A DNA stretch of 63,545 nt, filler included, from Squatina squatina (Eukaryota), in assembly GCA_031763465.1 (NCBI GenBank). It is 3 parts of 3 records of this genome, joined end to end, with 100 filler letters (N's around TTAATTAATTAA, not from the genome) between each part and the next. Parts side by side here need not be neighbours in the genome. Positions count along the whole stretch, not along the records: positions 27,881 to 51,540 come from JARFOE010000016.1; positions 51,641 to 63,545 come from JARFOE010000046.1; 1 more part is not named here. One strand, given 5' to 3'. The position numbers and the translations under genes are program-made. Numbering within the stretch: position 1 is the stretch's first letter; each line of letters starts with the position of its first letter. The notes under the pieces are model-generated. The model saw nothing but the letters and a program-made list of their open reading frames with translations. It made no database searches and was not told where the DNA came from. This document shows positions 49,235 to 62,210 of the stretch, piece by piece.

Positions 49235-49815
49235 CCTAAAATGCCTGGTTTCCCTCCATCCATGGTAGACAGGGCCCTCGACGGGGAGTCCATCCATTTC
49301 CTGTAATTCTGCCATCACCCCTTCTCCCTTTCTCAGAACCATGATGGTGTACCCCTTGTACTCACCTCCCCAACTTTGAATTTGGCATTGTCTTCAGCAA
49401 TTTCCACTACCTACAACACGACCCCATCGCCAAACACATCCAACCACTTCTCTTTTCTCAGCATTCAAAAGGGACCTTCCCTCAGCGATACCCTACTTCA
49501 CTCCTCCATCGTCCAAACCACCTACTTCGCCAGGCACTTTCCCGTGCAAGTGCAGGAGATCCACCACTTACCCATTCCCTTCCTCCCACACAACTGTTCA
49601 GGGCTTCAAACACTCGTACCGAGTGAGACAGCAATTTACATGTACTTCCTCCAATCCTTCCTCCCTTTCCCATATTTAAATGCTGTAACATTTTTCAGTC
49701 CAAAAGGAAGGGTCCTTGGCCTGAAACACTAACTGACTTGAACTGCTGAGTATTTCCAGCATTTTCTATTTTTTCCCCCCCAGAATTCCAGCATCTGCAG
49801 TATTTTGCCTTTTGT
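49235..49815 (+). mobile_element. Penelope-like retroelement fragment
   Basis: PGFPPSMVDRAL, then ccaggcactttcccgtgcaagtgcaggag (PGTFPC.C.R), gtgagacagcaatttacatgtacttcctccaat (V.Q.FTCTSSN, just before the GIY-YIG domain) and a terminal gctgagtatttccagcattttct...ttccagcatctgcagt. Confidence 0.7.
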
Positions 49816-51540
49816 CTTCTGAGAAGGCCAGCTAAAGTACATTTTAAGCTCCTTACCAGGATTATAGAAAGTATCCAGTTTTATAATTTACAAAACTAAT
49901 TATATTGTACATTGGTGTCTAGCCTGAATGTAATCTCCCAGTTTGTTACAAATTTACACAGTAACTGGCATAGGCTGTTATTCAGTTCTGGTAGGAAATT
50001 TAGACAACATTTAATTGTGTCTGGATTCATGAAAATTATTGACTTTAGTCTTCATTGTATTTCAATTATCATGGTTGCAACTTGCTTCTTAGTTGATATA
50101 TTTGGTACTCGCTTATTAAAATGAATTACAGCTGTATTTTTTTTGGTTGCATGCAGGAAAACTCTGGTTGAGAAGAACAAGGTTACAACTGTTGTACTCA
50201 AAAAAAAGGTGAAGGTCAAAAGAAGTAGAGGTAAAAAATAAACTCAATTGCACTACTGATAATGGGCAAACACAGTTCTATTTCTTGTTTCATTTTTTTG
50301 CCTCCCAATTAAAAGCTCCCAATTTATCATGCACTGTATCTACTGACTTCGACTCTGCACTCCCCTAATAAGAGCCATGAAATTGGTCTTCATTTAGAGC
50401 CACTCTCTTTACTTTAACTGGAAATCAATTCTGCAAGTTTAGCAAATAGTTAATTACTCCTCAAAGCAGATTGATCCACCTTTGATCACTATAAGCTGTG
50501 TTGTATCATTAGTCTTTCTCATCTGTGATTACTGTATAGAGAAACAAAACTATAGTCAGCGTTTCCTGTCTTTACGGCAAATTTGTTTGACTGATATACA
50601 GTCTCTCACAATTTTCAGTGCTTTTTAAGTGCTGCTCGTTTAATTGTAAACACTGGGAATGTTGCCCAGGTATAATATTTAGCAGGGATATGCTAAATGT
50701 TTAAACAGGGATGTGCGGCAAGGAATAAGCAATTTTGTTAATTTGTCTAATAAGGATTCATGAAAGACTAATACCTCCACTGACATGGAGAGCAATACAT
50801 ATTGCTGGGGTTTGGGTAAAATGGAGGGGAAGAATCTTAGTAAAATAAAGCTGTGAGATAACAGTTAGCAATTTGCTTCACCTTCAGTTTATATACATTT
50901 ACGCTCATAATACCTGTAGACCTCAGTATATTTCTGTCATACTAATAAGAATCTTTTTCTCCACGTTAACATTAGTTTCATGTGTGTTGCTGACATGGAC
51001 TTCTGAAAGTTAACACATTTCCTGTATTTTCAGTGGGCCGCCCAGGAGCATGCCACAGAGAAGAAAGTTTGAAAGCAGGGATGCTGTTTTGAGGTGATTA
51101 TTTTTATGATGTAGGATTTGAGGAATTTTACTGATGTTTTGGGGATTGTATTCCATCATTCTGTCCATTTATAAATAGGCACACTGGTTGACCGTATCCG
51201 AATGAGCCAAATTCCGTTTATATTAAGTGGGATTCAATTCTATGGTTCCATTTGTGTTTTTGTTCGAGGCAATCAGTGCCAGCAGGCTACTTATCACGAG
51301 GGGCTTCACAGCCAAGCCCAGTATCCCCACCTGACATCTACACACAAACACTTCTGAGCAAGAGTCACTTATCAACAGTCAAGAACAGGAATTTGGGCCG
51401 ATTTTCCTCTAGCCAGCCTGGAGATGCTGAGGTCAATTGTACTGTCCAATTGCTGCCTCAGCTGACCTGGAGCAGATTGATATATTTTGTTCAGTTCACA
51501 CTGCTAAGCCAATTTTTGACCCAGCACAACAACAACTTGC

Positions 51541-51640
51541 NNNNNNNNNNNNNNNNNNNNNNNNNNNNNNNNNNNNNNNNNNNNTTAATTAATTAANNNN
51601 NNNNNNNNNNNNNNNNNNNNNNNNNNNNNNNNNNNNNNNN
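51541..51640. other. Artificial contig linker N44-TTAATTAATTAA-N44
   Basis: Identical layout to 27781-27880; 12-mer at 51585-51596. Confidence 0.92.
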
Positions 51641-54600
51641 CAACAGGGACACACTACCTGCTGACCAAGAGGAACACGCTACCTGTGGACCAATAGGGAC
51701 ACGCTACATGCTGACCAAGAGGAACACGGTACCTGTGGACCAAGAGGAACATGCTACCTGCTGAACAACAGGGACAGGCTACCTTTGGACCAACAGGGAC
51801 CCGCTACCGGCTGAGCAACAGGGACACGCTACCGATGGACCAACGGGACACGCTATCTGTGGACCAACAGGGATAGGCTACCTTTGAACCAACAGGGACA
51901 CGCTACCTGCTGACCAAGAGGAACATGCTACCTGCTGACCAACAGGAACACGCTAACTGTGGACCAACAGGGACACGCTACCTGTGGAACAACAGGAACA
52001 TGCTACCTGCTGACCAACAGGGCCAAGCAACCTCTGACCAACAGGGACATGCTACATGTGGACCAATAGAGTCACGCTAACTGTGGACCAACAGGGACAG
52101 GCTACCTGCTGGAGAAGAGGGACAGGCTACCTGCTGGAGCAGAGGAACAAACTACCTGTGGACCAACAGGGACATGCTACCTGCTGACCAAGAGGAAAAC
52201 GCTTCCTGTGGACCAACGCGACACGCTAGTTGTGGACCAACAGGGACACGCTACCTGCTGGAGAAGAGGAACACACTACCTGTGGACCAACAGGGACACA
52301 CTACCTGTGGACCAAGAGGAACACGCTACCTGTGGACCAATAGGGACACACTACATGCTGACCAAGAGGAACACGGTACCTGTGGACCAAGAGGAACAAG
52401 CTACCTGCTGAACAACAGGGACAGGCTACCTTTGGACCAACAGGGACACGCTACCGGCTGACCAACAGGGACACGTTACCGGTGGACCAACGGGACGCGC
52501 TATCTATGGACCAACAGGGATAGGCTACCTTTGAACCAACAGGGACACGCTACCTGCTGACCAAGAGGAACATGCTACCTGTTGACCAACAGGAACACGC
52601 TAACTGTGGACCAACAGGGACACGCTACCTGCTAACCAACAGGAACACGCGACCTGTGGAACAACAGGAACATGCTACCTGCTGACCAACAGGGCCAAGC
52701 AACCTCTGACCAACAGGGACATGCGACATGTGGACCAACAGGGACATGCTACATGTGGACCAACAGAGTCACGCTAACTGTGGACCAACAGGGACAGGAT
52801 ACCTGCTGGAGAAGAGGAACACACTACCTGTGGACCAACAGGGACACGCTACCTGCTGACCAAGAGGAAAACGCTACCTGTGGACCAACGCGACACGCTA
52901 GTTGTGGACCAACAGGGATACACTACCTGCTGGAGAAGAGGAACACACTACCTGTGGACCAAGAGGAACACGCTACCTGTGGACCAAGAGGAACACGCTA
53001 CCTGTGGACCAATAGGGACACGCTACCTGTGGACCAATAGGGACACGCTACGTGCTGACCAAGAGGAACATGCTACCTGCTGAACAACAGGGACAGGCTA
53101 CCTTTGGACCAACAGGGACACGCTACCGGCTAACCAACAGGGACACGATACCTGTGTACCAACGGGACACGCTATCTGTGGACCAACAGGGACAGGCTAC
53201 CTTTGGACCAACAGGGACACGCGACATGCTGACCAAGAGAAAAATGCTACCTGCTGACCAACAGGAACACGTTACCTGTGGACCAACAGGGACATGCTAC
53301 CTGCTAACCAAATGGAACACGCTACCTGTGGAACAACAGGGACACACTACCTGCTGACCAAGAGGAACACGCTACCTGTGGAACAACAGGGACACACTAC
53401 CTGCTGACCAAGAGGAACACGCTACCTGTGGACCAATAGGGACACGCTACATGCTGACCAAGAGGAACACGCTACCTGTGGACCAACAGGAAAATGCTAC
53501 CTGCTGACCAACAGGGCCACGCTACTTGCTGAGCAATAGGAACACGCTACCTTTGGACCAACAGGGACATGCTACCGGCTGACCAATAGGGACACGCTAC
53601 CTATGGACCAACGGGACACGCTACCTGTGGACTAACAGGGACACGCTACCTGCTGACCAAGAGGAACACACAAACTGTGGACCAACAGGGACATGCTACC
53701 TGCTGACCAAGAGGAACATGCTACCTGTGGACCAATGGGACATACTACCTGTGGACCAACAGGGACACGCTACCTGTGGACCAACGGGACATGCTACCTG
53801 CTGACCAAGAGGAACACGCTACCTGTGGACCAACAGGAAAATGCTACCTACTGACCAACAGGGCCACGCTACTTGCTGAGCAATAGGAACACGCTACCTT
53901 CTGACCAACAGGGACATGGTACCTGTGGACCAACAAGGACACGCTACCTGCTGAACAACAGAGTCACGCTACATGTGTACCAACAGGGACACGCTAACTG
54001 TGGACCAACCCAGGCACGCTACCTGTGGAACAACAGGAACATGCTACCTGTGGAACAACAGGGCCAAGCTACGTGCTGACAAACAGGGACAGGCTACCTG
54101 TGGACCAACAGGGGCAGGCTACATGTGGAGCTACAAGGATTCGCTACATGCTGACCAGGAGAGATTCGCTACCTGTGGACCAACAGCGACACGCTACCTG
54201 TGGACCAACAGGAACCCGCTATCAGTGGACCAACAGGGACTCGCTACCTGCTGATCAACAAGGCCACGCTACCTGCTGACCAAGAGGAACACGCCACCTG
54301 TGGACCAACTGGGACAGGCTACCTGTGGACCAACCCAGGCACGCTACCTGTAGACCAACATGGACAGGCTACCTGTGGACCAACAGGAACACGCTACCTG
54401 TGGACCAACCCAGGCACGCTACCTGTGGAACAACAGGAATATGCTACCTGTGGAACAACAGGGCCAAGCTACCTGCTAACAACAGGGACAGGCTACCTGT
54501 GGACCAACAGGGGCATGCTACATGTGGACCTACAAGGATTCGCAACATGCCGACCAAGAGAGATTCGCTACCTGTGGACCTACAGGGACTCGCTATCAGT

Positions 54601-57600
54601 GGACCAACAGGAACCCGCTATCAGTGGACCAACAGGGACAGTCTATCTGTGGACCAACCCAGGCACACTACTTATGGACCAACAGGGACTCGCTACCTGT
54701 GGACCAACAGGGACACACTACCTGCTGATCAACAAGGACACGCTACCTGCTGACCAAGAGGAACACGCCACCTGTGGACCAACAGGGACACGCTACCTCT
54801 GGACCAACCCAGGCACGCTAGCTGTGGACCAACAGGGACAGGCTACCTGTGGACCACCCCAGGCATGCTACCTGTGGACCAACAGAGACAGGTTCCCTGT
54901 GGACCAACCCAGGCACGCTACCTGTGGACCAACAGGGACTCGCTACCTGTGGACCAACAGGGACTCGCTACCTGTGGACCAACAGGGACTCGCTACCTGC
55001 TGACCAACAGTAACATGCTACCTGTGGACCAACCCAGGCACGCTACCTGTGGAACAACAGGAACATGCTACCTGTGGAACAACAGGGCCAAGCTACCTGC
55101 AGACCAACAGAGATTCGCTACCTGTGGACCTACACGGAATCGCTATCAGTGGACCAACAGGGGCCCGCTATCAGAGGACCAACAGGGATCCGCTATCAGT
55201 GGACCAACAGGGACAGGCTATCTGTGGACCAACCCAGGCACGCTACTTGTGGACCAACAGGGACTCGCTACCTGTGGACCAACAGGGACACGCGACCTGC
55301 TGGAGAAGAGGAACACACTACCTGTGGACCAACAGGAACACGCTTCCTGCTGACCAACAGGGACACACTACCTGCAGACCAACAGGGCCAAGCAAACTCT
55401 GACCAACAGGGACATGCTACATGTGGACCAACAGAGTCAGGCTAACTGTGGACCAACAGTGACAGGCTACCTGTGGACCAACAGGGCCACATTACCTGCT
55501 GACCAACAGGAACACGCTACCTGTGGAATGACAAGAACATGTGACTTCCTGTGGACCAACAGGGACACACTACCTGCTGACCAAGAGGAACACGCTACCT
55601 GTGGACCAATAGGGACACGCTACATGCTGACCANNNNNNNNNNNNNNNNNNNNNNNNNNNNNNNNNNNNNNNNNNNNNNNNNNNNNNNNNNNNNNNNNNN
55701 NNNNNNNNNNNNNNNNNNNNNNNNNNNNNNNNNGGACATGCTACCTGCTGACCAACAGGGACAGGCTGCCTGCTGACCAACATGGACAGGCTAACTGCTG
55801 ACTAACGGGGACACGCTACCTGTGGACCAACAGGGACAGGCTACTTGTGGACCAACAGGGACAGGCTGCCTGCTGACCAACAGGGACACACTACATGTGT
55901 ACCAACAGGGACAGGCAAACAGCTGACCAACCGAGACACACTTCCTGCTGACCAACAGGGAAATGCTACCTGTGGACCAACAGGAACACGCAATCTGTGG
56001 AACAACAGGGATACGCTATCTGTGGAACAACCGGGACATGCTAACTGTGGATCAACAGGGACACGCTACCTGTGGACCAACACGGACACGCTATCTGTGG
56101 ACCAACAGGGACACGCTACCTGTGGACCAACAGGGACACGCTATCTGTGGAACAACCGGGACACGCTACCTGTGGACCAACAGGGACAGGCTACCTATGG
56201 ACCAACAGGAACACGCTATCTGTGGAACAACAGGGACACGCTACATGTGGACCAACAGGAGCAAGCTACCTGTGGACCAACAGGGACACGCTACCTGCTG
56301 ACCAACAGGGACACGCTACCAGTGGACCAATAGGGACACGCGACCGAGGGACCAACAGGGACACACTCCCTGCTGACCAACAGGGACAGGCTACCTGCTG
56401 ACCAACAGGGAAACGCTACCTGCTGACCAACAGGGAAACGCTACCCGCTGACCAACAGGGACAGGCTACCTGCTGACCAACAGGGACAGGCTACCTGCTG
56501 ACCAACAGGGAAACGCTACCTGCTGACCAACAGGGACACGCTACCTGCTGACCAACAGGGACAGGCTAGCTGTGGAACAACAGGGACAGGCTACCCTTGG
56601 ACCAACAGCAACACGCTACCTGTGGAACAACAGAACACACTATCTGTGGACCAACAGGGACACGCTACCTGTGGACCAACAGGAACACGCTATCTGTGGA
56701 CCAACAGGGACACGCTACCTGTGGACCAACAGGAACACGCTATCTGTGGAACAACAGGGACATGCTACATGTGGACCAACAGGGACACGCTACATGTGGA
56801 ACAACAGGGACACGCTACCTGTGGACCAACAGGAGCAAGCTACCCGTGGACCAACAGGGTCACGCTATCTGTGGACCAACAGGGACACGCTACCTGTGGA
56901 ACAATAGGGAGACGCTACATGTGAACCAACAGGGACACGCTACGTGCTGACCAACAGGTCCATGCTACCTGTGGAACAACAGGGACCCGCTACCTGCTGA
57001 CCAACAGGGACAGGCTACCTGCTGACCAACAGGGAAACGCTACCTNNNNNNNNNNNNNNNNNNNNNNNNNNNNNNNNNNNNNNNNNNNNNNNNNNNNNNN
57101 NNNNNNNNNNNNNNNNNNNNNNNNNNNNNNNNNNNNNNNNNNNNNGAACAGGCTACCTCTGGACCAACAGGGACAGGCTACCTGCTGACCAACAGGGACA
57201 GGCTACCTGCTGATCAACAGGGACAGGCTACCTGCTGACCAACAGGGACAGGCTACCTGCTGACCAACAGTGACTCACTACCTGTGGACCAACAGGGATT
57301 CGCTATCAGTGGACCAACAGGGACAGGCTACATGTGGACCAACAAGGATTCGCTACATGTGGACCAACAAGGATTTGCTACATGCTGACCAACAGGGACT
57401 CGCTACCTGTGGACCAACAGGGAGTCGCTATCAGTGGACCAACAGGGACAGGCTACCTGCTGACCAACAGTGACTCACTACCTGTGGGCTAACAGGGACA
57501 CGCTACCTGCTGAACAACAGAGTCACACAAACTGTGGATCAACAGGGACAGGCTACCTGTGCACCAACAGGGACAGGCTACCTGTGCACCAAGAGGGACA

Positions 57601-59237
57601 GGCTACCTGTGCACCAAGAGGGACAGGCTACCTGTGGACAAACAAGGATTCACTACCTGCTGACCAACAGGAACAGGCTACCTCTGGACCAACAGGGACA
57701 GGCTCCCTGTGGACCAACAGGGACAGGCTACCTGTGGACCAACAGGGATTTGCTACCTGTGGACCAACAGGGACAGGCTACCTGTGGATCAACAGGGACA
57801 CGCTATCTACTAAACAAGAAGAACACGCTACCTGTGGACCAACAAGGATTCGCTACCTGCTGACCAACTGGGACAGGCTACCTGTGGACCAACAGGGACA
57901 GGCTACCTGTGGACCATCCCAGGCGCGCTACCTGTGGACCAACACAGGCATGCTACCTGTGGACCAACAGGGACAGGCTCCCTGTGGATCAACAGGGACA
58001 CGCTACCTGCTAAACAAGAAGAACACGCTAACTGCTGAACAACAGGGACACGCTACCTGCAGACCAGGTGGGACATGCTACCTGCTGACCAACAGATTCT
58101 CGCTACCTGTGAACAACCGAGGCACGCTACCTGCTGACCAACAGGGACAAGCTACATGTGGACCAACGGGACACGCTGCCTGAAGATTAATGGGGACACG
58201 CTACCTGTGGACCAACAGAGACAGGCTAACTGCTGACAAGAGGAACACGCGACCTGTGGACCAACGGAACACGCTACCTGCTGAACAAGAGGGAACATGC
58301 TACCTGTAGACCAACGGGACATGCAATCTGTGGACCAACAGGGACACACTACCTGCTGACCAACAGGGACACGCTACCTGTGCACCAACAAGGACACGCT
58401 ACCTGCTGACCAAAACGAACAGGCTACCTGCTGAACAACAGAGTCACGCTACCTGTGGACCAACAGGGACACGCTACCTGCTGACCAAGAGGAACATGCT
58501 ACCTGCTCATCAACAGGGACACGCTACCTGCTGACCAAAAGGAACAGGCTACCTGCTGAACAACAGGGACATGCTACCTGTGGAACAACAGGGTCAAGCT
58601 ATCTGTGGACCAGCAGGGACACGCTGCCTGTGGACCAGCAGGGACACGCTGCCTGTGGACCAACAGGGACATGCTACCTGTGGACGAACAGGGACACGCT
58701 ACCTGCTGACCAACAGAGTCACACGAAGTGTGGATCAACAGGGACAGGCTACCTGTGGACAAACAAGGATTCGCTACCTGCTGACCAACAGGAACAGGAT
58801 ACCTCTGGACCAACAGGGACAGGCTAACTGCTGACCAACAGTGACTCGCTACTTGTGGACCAACAGGGATTCGCTATCAGTGGACCAACAGGAACTGCTA
58901 TCAGTGGACCAACAGGGACAAGCTACCTGTGGACCAACAGGGACAGGTTACCTGTGGACCAACAAGGTTTCGCTACCTGCTGACCAACTGGGACAGGCTA
59001 CCTGTGGACCAACAGGGACACACTCCCTGCTGACCAAAAGAGTCACGCTAACTGTGGACCAACAGGAACTCGCTAACTGTGAACCAACAGGGACAGGCTA
59101 CCTGTGGACCAATAGGGGCAGGCTACATGTGGACCAAGAAGGATTCGCTACCTGCTGACCAACAGGGACAGGCTACATGTGGACCAACAGGGACAGGCTA
59201 CATGTGGACCTTCCCAGGCACGCTACCTGTGGACCAA
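51641..59237. repeat. Large 25-bp satellite/minisatellite array, ~300 units, with two internal gaps
   Basis: Consensus GGACCAACAGGGACACGCTACCTGT, with common variants TGCTGACC, AAGAGGAAC, CAGGCT and TATCAGT. Both ends abut gaps, so the true length is unknown. Confidence 0.98.
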
Positions 59238-60029
59238 NNNNNNNNNNNNNNNNNNNNNNNNNNNNNNNNNNNNNNNNNNNNNNNNNNNNNNNNNNNNNNN
59301 NNNNNNNNNNNNNNNNNNNNNNNNNNNNNNNNNNNNNTTATAGTGGGCAAAGGCAGGGCGGCCATGTATTGGTCGATCTCCCGATTTTCCTCCACTGTAA
59401 ATCATGAAATAGGATGGTATGGGGGAAGAAAATCCAAACCTGGATAAGAATATTGCTTTACCCATGTACAATCATCAGAAAGTCTACAAAAATTGATTTG
59501 TCCATAAGAAGTATATTCTAAGTAAGATATTTTAACGCCATGTGGATTGATTCAGTCTTAACTGTATTGTACTATCAGTCTTTCTCTATCTTTCTACTCC
59601 TCTATAATTTTCTCACTTGTAAATACATCTCACTATGGTGTTAACCAGCAGTTAATAGTCTGCCAGTGTGGTAGTTACCATGATTTGCCAGCGCAGACAC
59701 GATGGGCCAAATGGCCTCCATCCATGCTCGGTCGATGATTCTATGGTCCTACAGAGGCCCATTGCCTTATTCATAGGACTAATAAAGACTATTTGCGACC
59801 AGACTAAACGGGTTATAGCTGGTAACAGTAAGAATTTAGAGCAAAGGGCAGGTGAGCTGATCAGGTTTCAAAGGGTTTGTTTTTTTCTTTCCATATGTTA
59901 GCAGTGTGGGCTTTTCAAAATGCTGCGAGAAAAATAAGCTTTAATGTTGCACTAATAGACTCATGTCACCACCTCAAACTGTTCCCAGTACTGTCACCAC
60001 CAGCAACAAAGTTGGCTTTGCCTTTAAGT

Positions 60030-60370
60030 CAGTCTGTGGCTTTGAGGCTCATGTCAAGGGCCAATCGAGGCTGACACCTCCGCACAGTACTGAGGGAGTG
60101 CTGCATTGTTAGTGGTGCCACGCACCTCTTCTGGTGGTTCAAGTGAACAATAAAAAGATCCTATAGCACCAGTGGAAGAAGAGCAGGGATTTCTAGTCTC
60201 ATGACCAAGATGCCCTATGTCAACTTCAACTCTTTGCTGTTTTTTGGGAAGTTTCTGGCACAGAATAGCCGTTGTATTTGGCTACGCAAGGGAACAGTCA
60301 CTGGATCCAAAAGTGATTCACTCTGTGATATACGTAGAGATATTGAAAGGAGCCACATAAATGCGAGTAT
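60030..60370 (+). mobile_element. Older, diverged Deu-domain SINE
   Basis: aggctgacac...cagtactgagggagtgctgca...aaagatcctatagcac...gaagaagagcaggg...ttgctgttt...ataaatgc. Confidence 0.6.
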
Positions 60371-61474
60371 TACTCTAACTCTCAGTCCTTCACCCGAGTA
60401 TTATACAGCTCTTTCTCAGCACAGTCCAAGTTTAGAAGGGCAGAATCCAGAATTGTACTGTTGAGTCCTTGTCACAGCTTATGTAGGCCGATTGTGAGAA
60501 GTTCCCCCTTTTCTGAAATGCTACTGACAACACTGCTTATTGTACAGCATCTCGGCCTATTATTCAGAAGAGAGAAAAAACTGTAAGAAGGGACTTCAGC
60601 GCAAGAGAGCTGATTCTATTATGCATTGTGTCGGGAAACAGGCCCTGAGCCTCCTTATAGCCATAATATTATGTGACACGGAATAGCAGAGACAGGCTTC
60701 AGCCAGTGGAATTGGCACAGAAATTGGAAAAAAAAATCTTTCGTGTAACAGCCATTTGGGTGACATCACTGGGTCAACGGCAAACACAATTACAGCTGGG
60801 CACAGTGCACTTAATTTGGGTCAGAGAAATTTATCATCTATTTTAAATATGGATTTCAGATAATCACAGCACTTAAGCCAAAAGAATATTCTGTGCATTT
60901 CCAATACTTTAGCTGTATAACTTTGAGACCATGTGAAAGAACCAAAATTTATTTATTTCAATATTTTCTGGATAAACCAAATCTGAATAACAAAGACGTT
61001 GTAACATAAGTGCAATTTTGATGCTCTTTAATTACAAATTCAAGATCTTAAGGGTCATCAGTGGAGTTTTAGTTTCGTGAACACTGTAATGTCTTCCGTT
61101 ATTCTGAATAAAATTACAAGCTTTCTATGTTCCTGTTATTGCTGCCATAGGAGAAATTAAATGACTATATGGCTTTCTGAACAGATTATTGACCATGATA
61201 TATGGGGAATACTGAAGGGTGCAACCAGCTAGAATCATAATGTTAAGAGCTTACATCCAGGCAAGTTTATTAAAAGAGTAGGTTGTTTATTTCTCAATTT
61301 TATATCTTTTATTATTGAAAAGCTGTTGGATAATAGCACTTGAGCAGTGGAGCATTTTTTTTTAAACATTAGAGCCAGGGCTCGCTCTAGCTCAGACTAT
61401 TGTGATGAAACCACAGCACAAAATTGCCCTCAATTAGGCATGCTCACTCAAGGTCACAAATATGGCTGATAACA

Positions 61475-62210
61475 ACAGCAACTTGTATTTCTATAGTGCC
61501 TTTAACATAATAACATGTCCCAAGGCTCTTTATGCAGTAGAGAATAGGCACCAAACGGTGGTAGTTAGGAAATGACAAAGTATGGCTGGAAAGGCAAGTT
61601 TTAAGAAGACAGGCGTAGAGGTTTCTGGATGGAGTTTGAGAATAGGGCAAAGGCCAGTCTCAGGCACCAAAGAGGAGTGGGCAGTGGTGGTGAGAAGCAA
61701 CAGAAAGTTACAGAGGCATAGGAAGCTAGAATTGGAGGACTGATCAGGTAGAGCATGGAGCAATTTTAAGATAAGGACAAGGAATTTCAGTTTGATATGG
61801 ATACAAGGTGGTCAGCAAGAAGGGCAGGATTCAGGTAATGGGAGTCTTAAAACCAAATTGGAGCTTGTGTAGAATGGAACTTGGGAGTCTGCAAACCATG
61901 AGTAACAAAAGCATGAATAAAAGGTTTCAGCATCAGTCCAGGCAAGGTAGAGATGGAGTATGCGGTCTTGGCAATATTTAAGAGTACAGGGTTTGAAGGT
62001 GAGCTCAAGCTTGAACAAGGCAGAGGTGCAGCATTCTCCAGTTCAGACAAAACAAGCAGGGAAGGGGGTGGAAGCACAGAGCGAGGGTGTATGGCTTTTG
62101 GCTGAAGATAGGTTCAGTTTTCTGAATGTTCAGGTTCAGTTGGGACCTGATAAGCAGCCTGACAAAACACAGATTGTTGAAGGGTAAGCTGAGCATCAAC
62201 AACATTCATC
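61475..62210 (-). mobile_element. L2 LINE 3' portion
   Basis: Minus-strand remnants LNIQKTEPI, LLNIAK, DAET and FIHAFVT (cf. AETLIHAFVTSRLDY). The terminus aggcactatagaaatacaagttgctgttgtt is typical of L2. Confidence 0.75.

Noticed and set aside
51641-59237. CRISPR array or repeat-protein gene
   Set aside because: Units are head-to-tail with no unique spacers, there are no cas genes, and the context is vertebrate. ORFs occur equally in all three frames and are broken irregularly.
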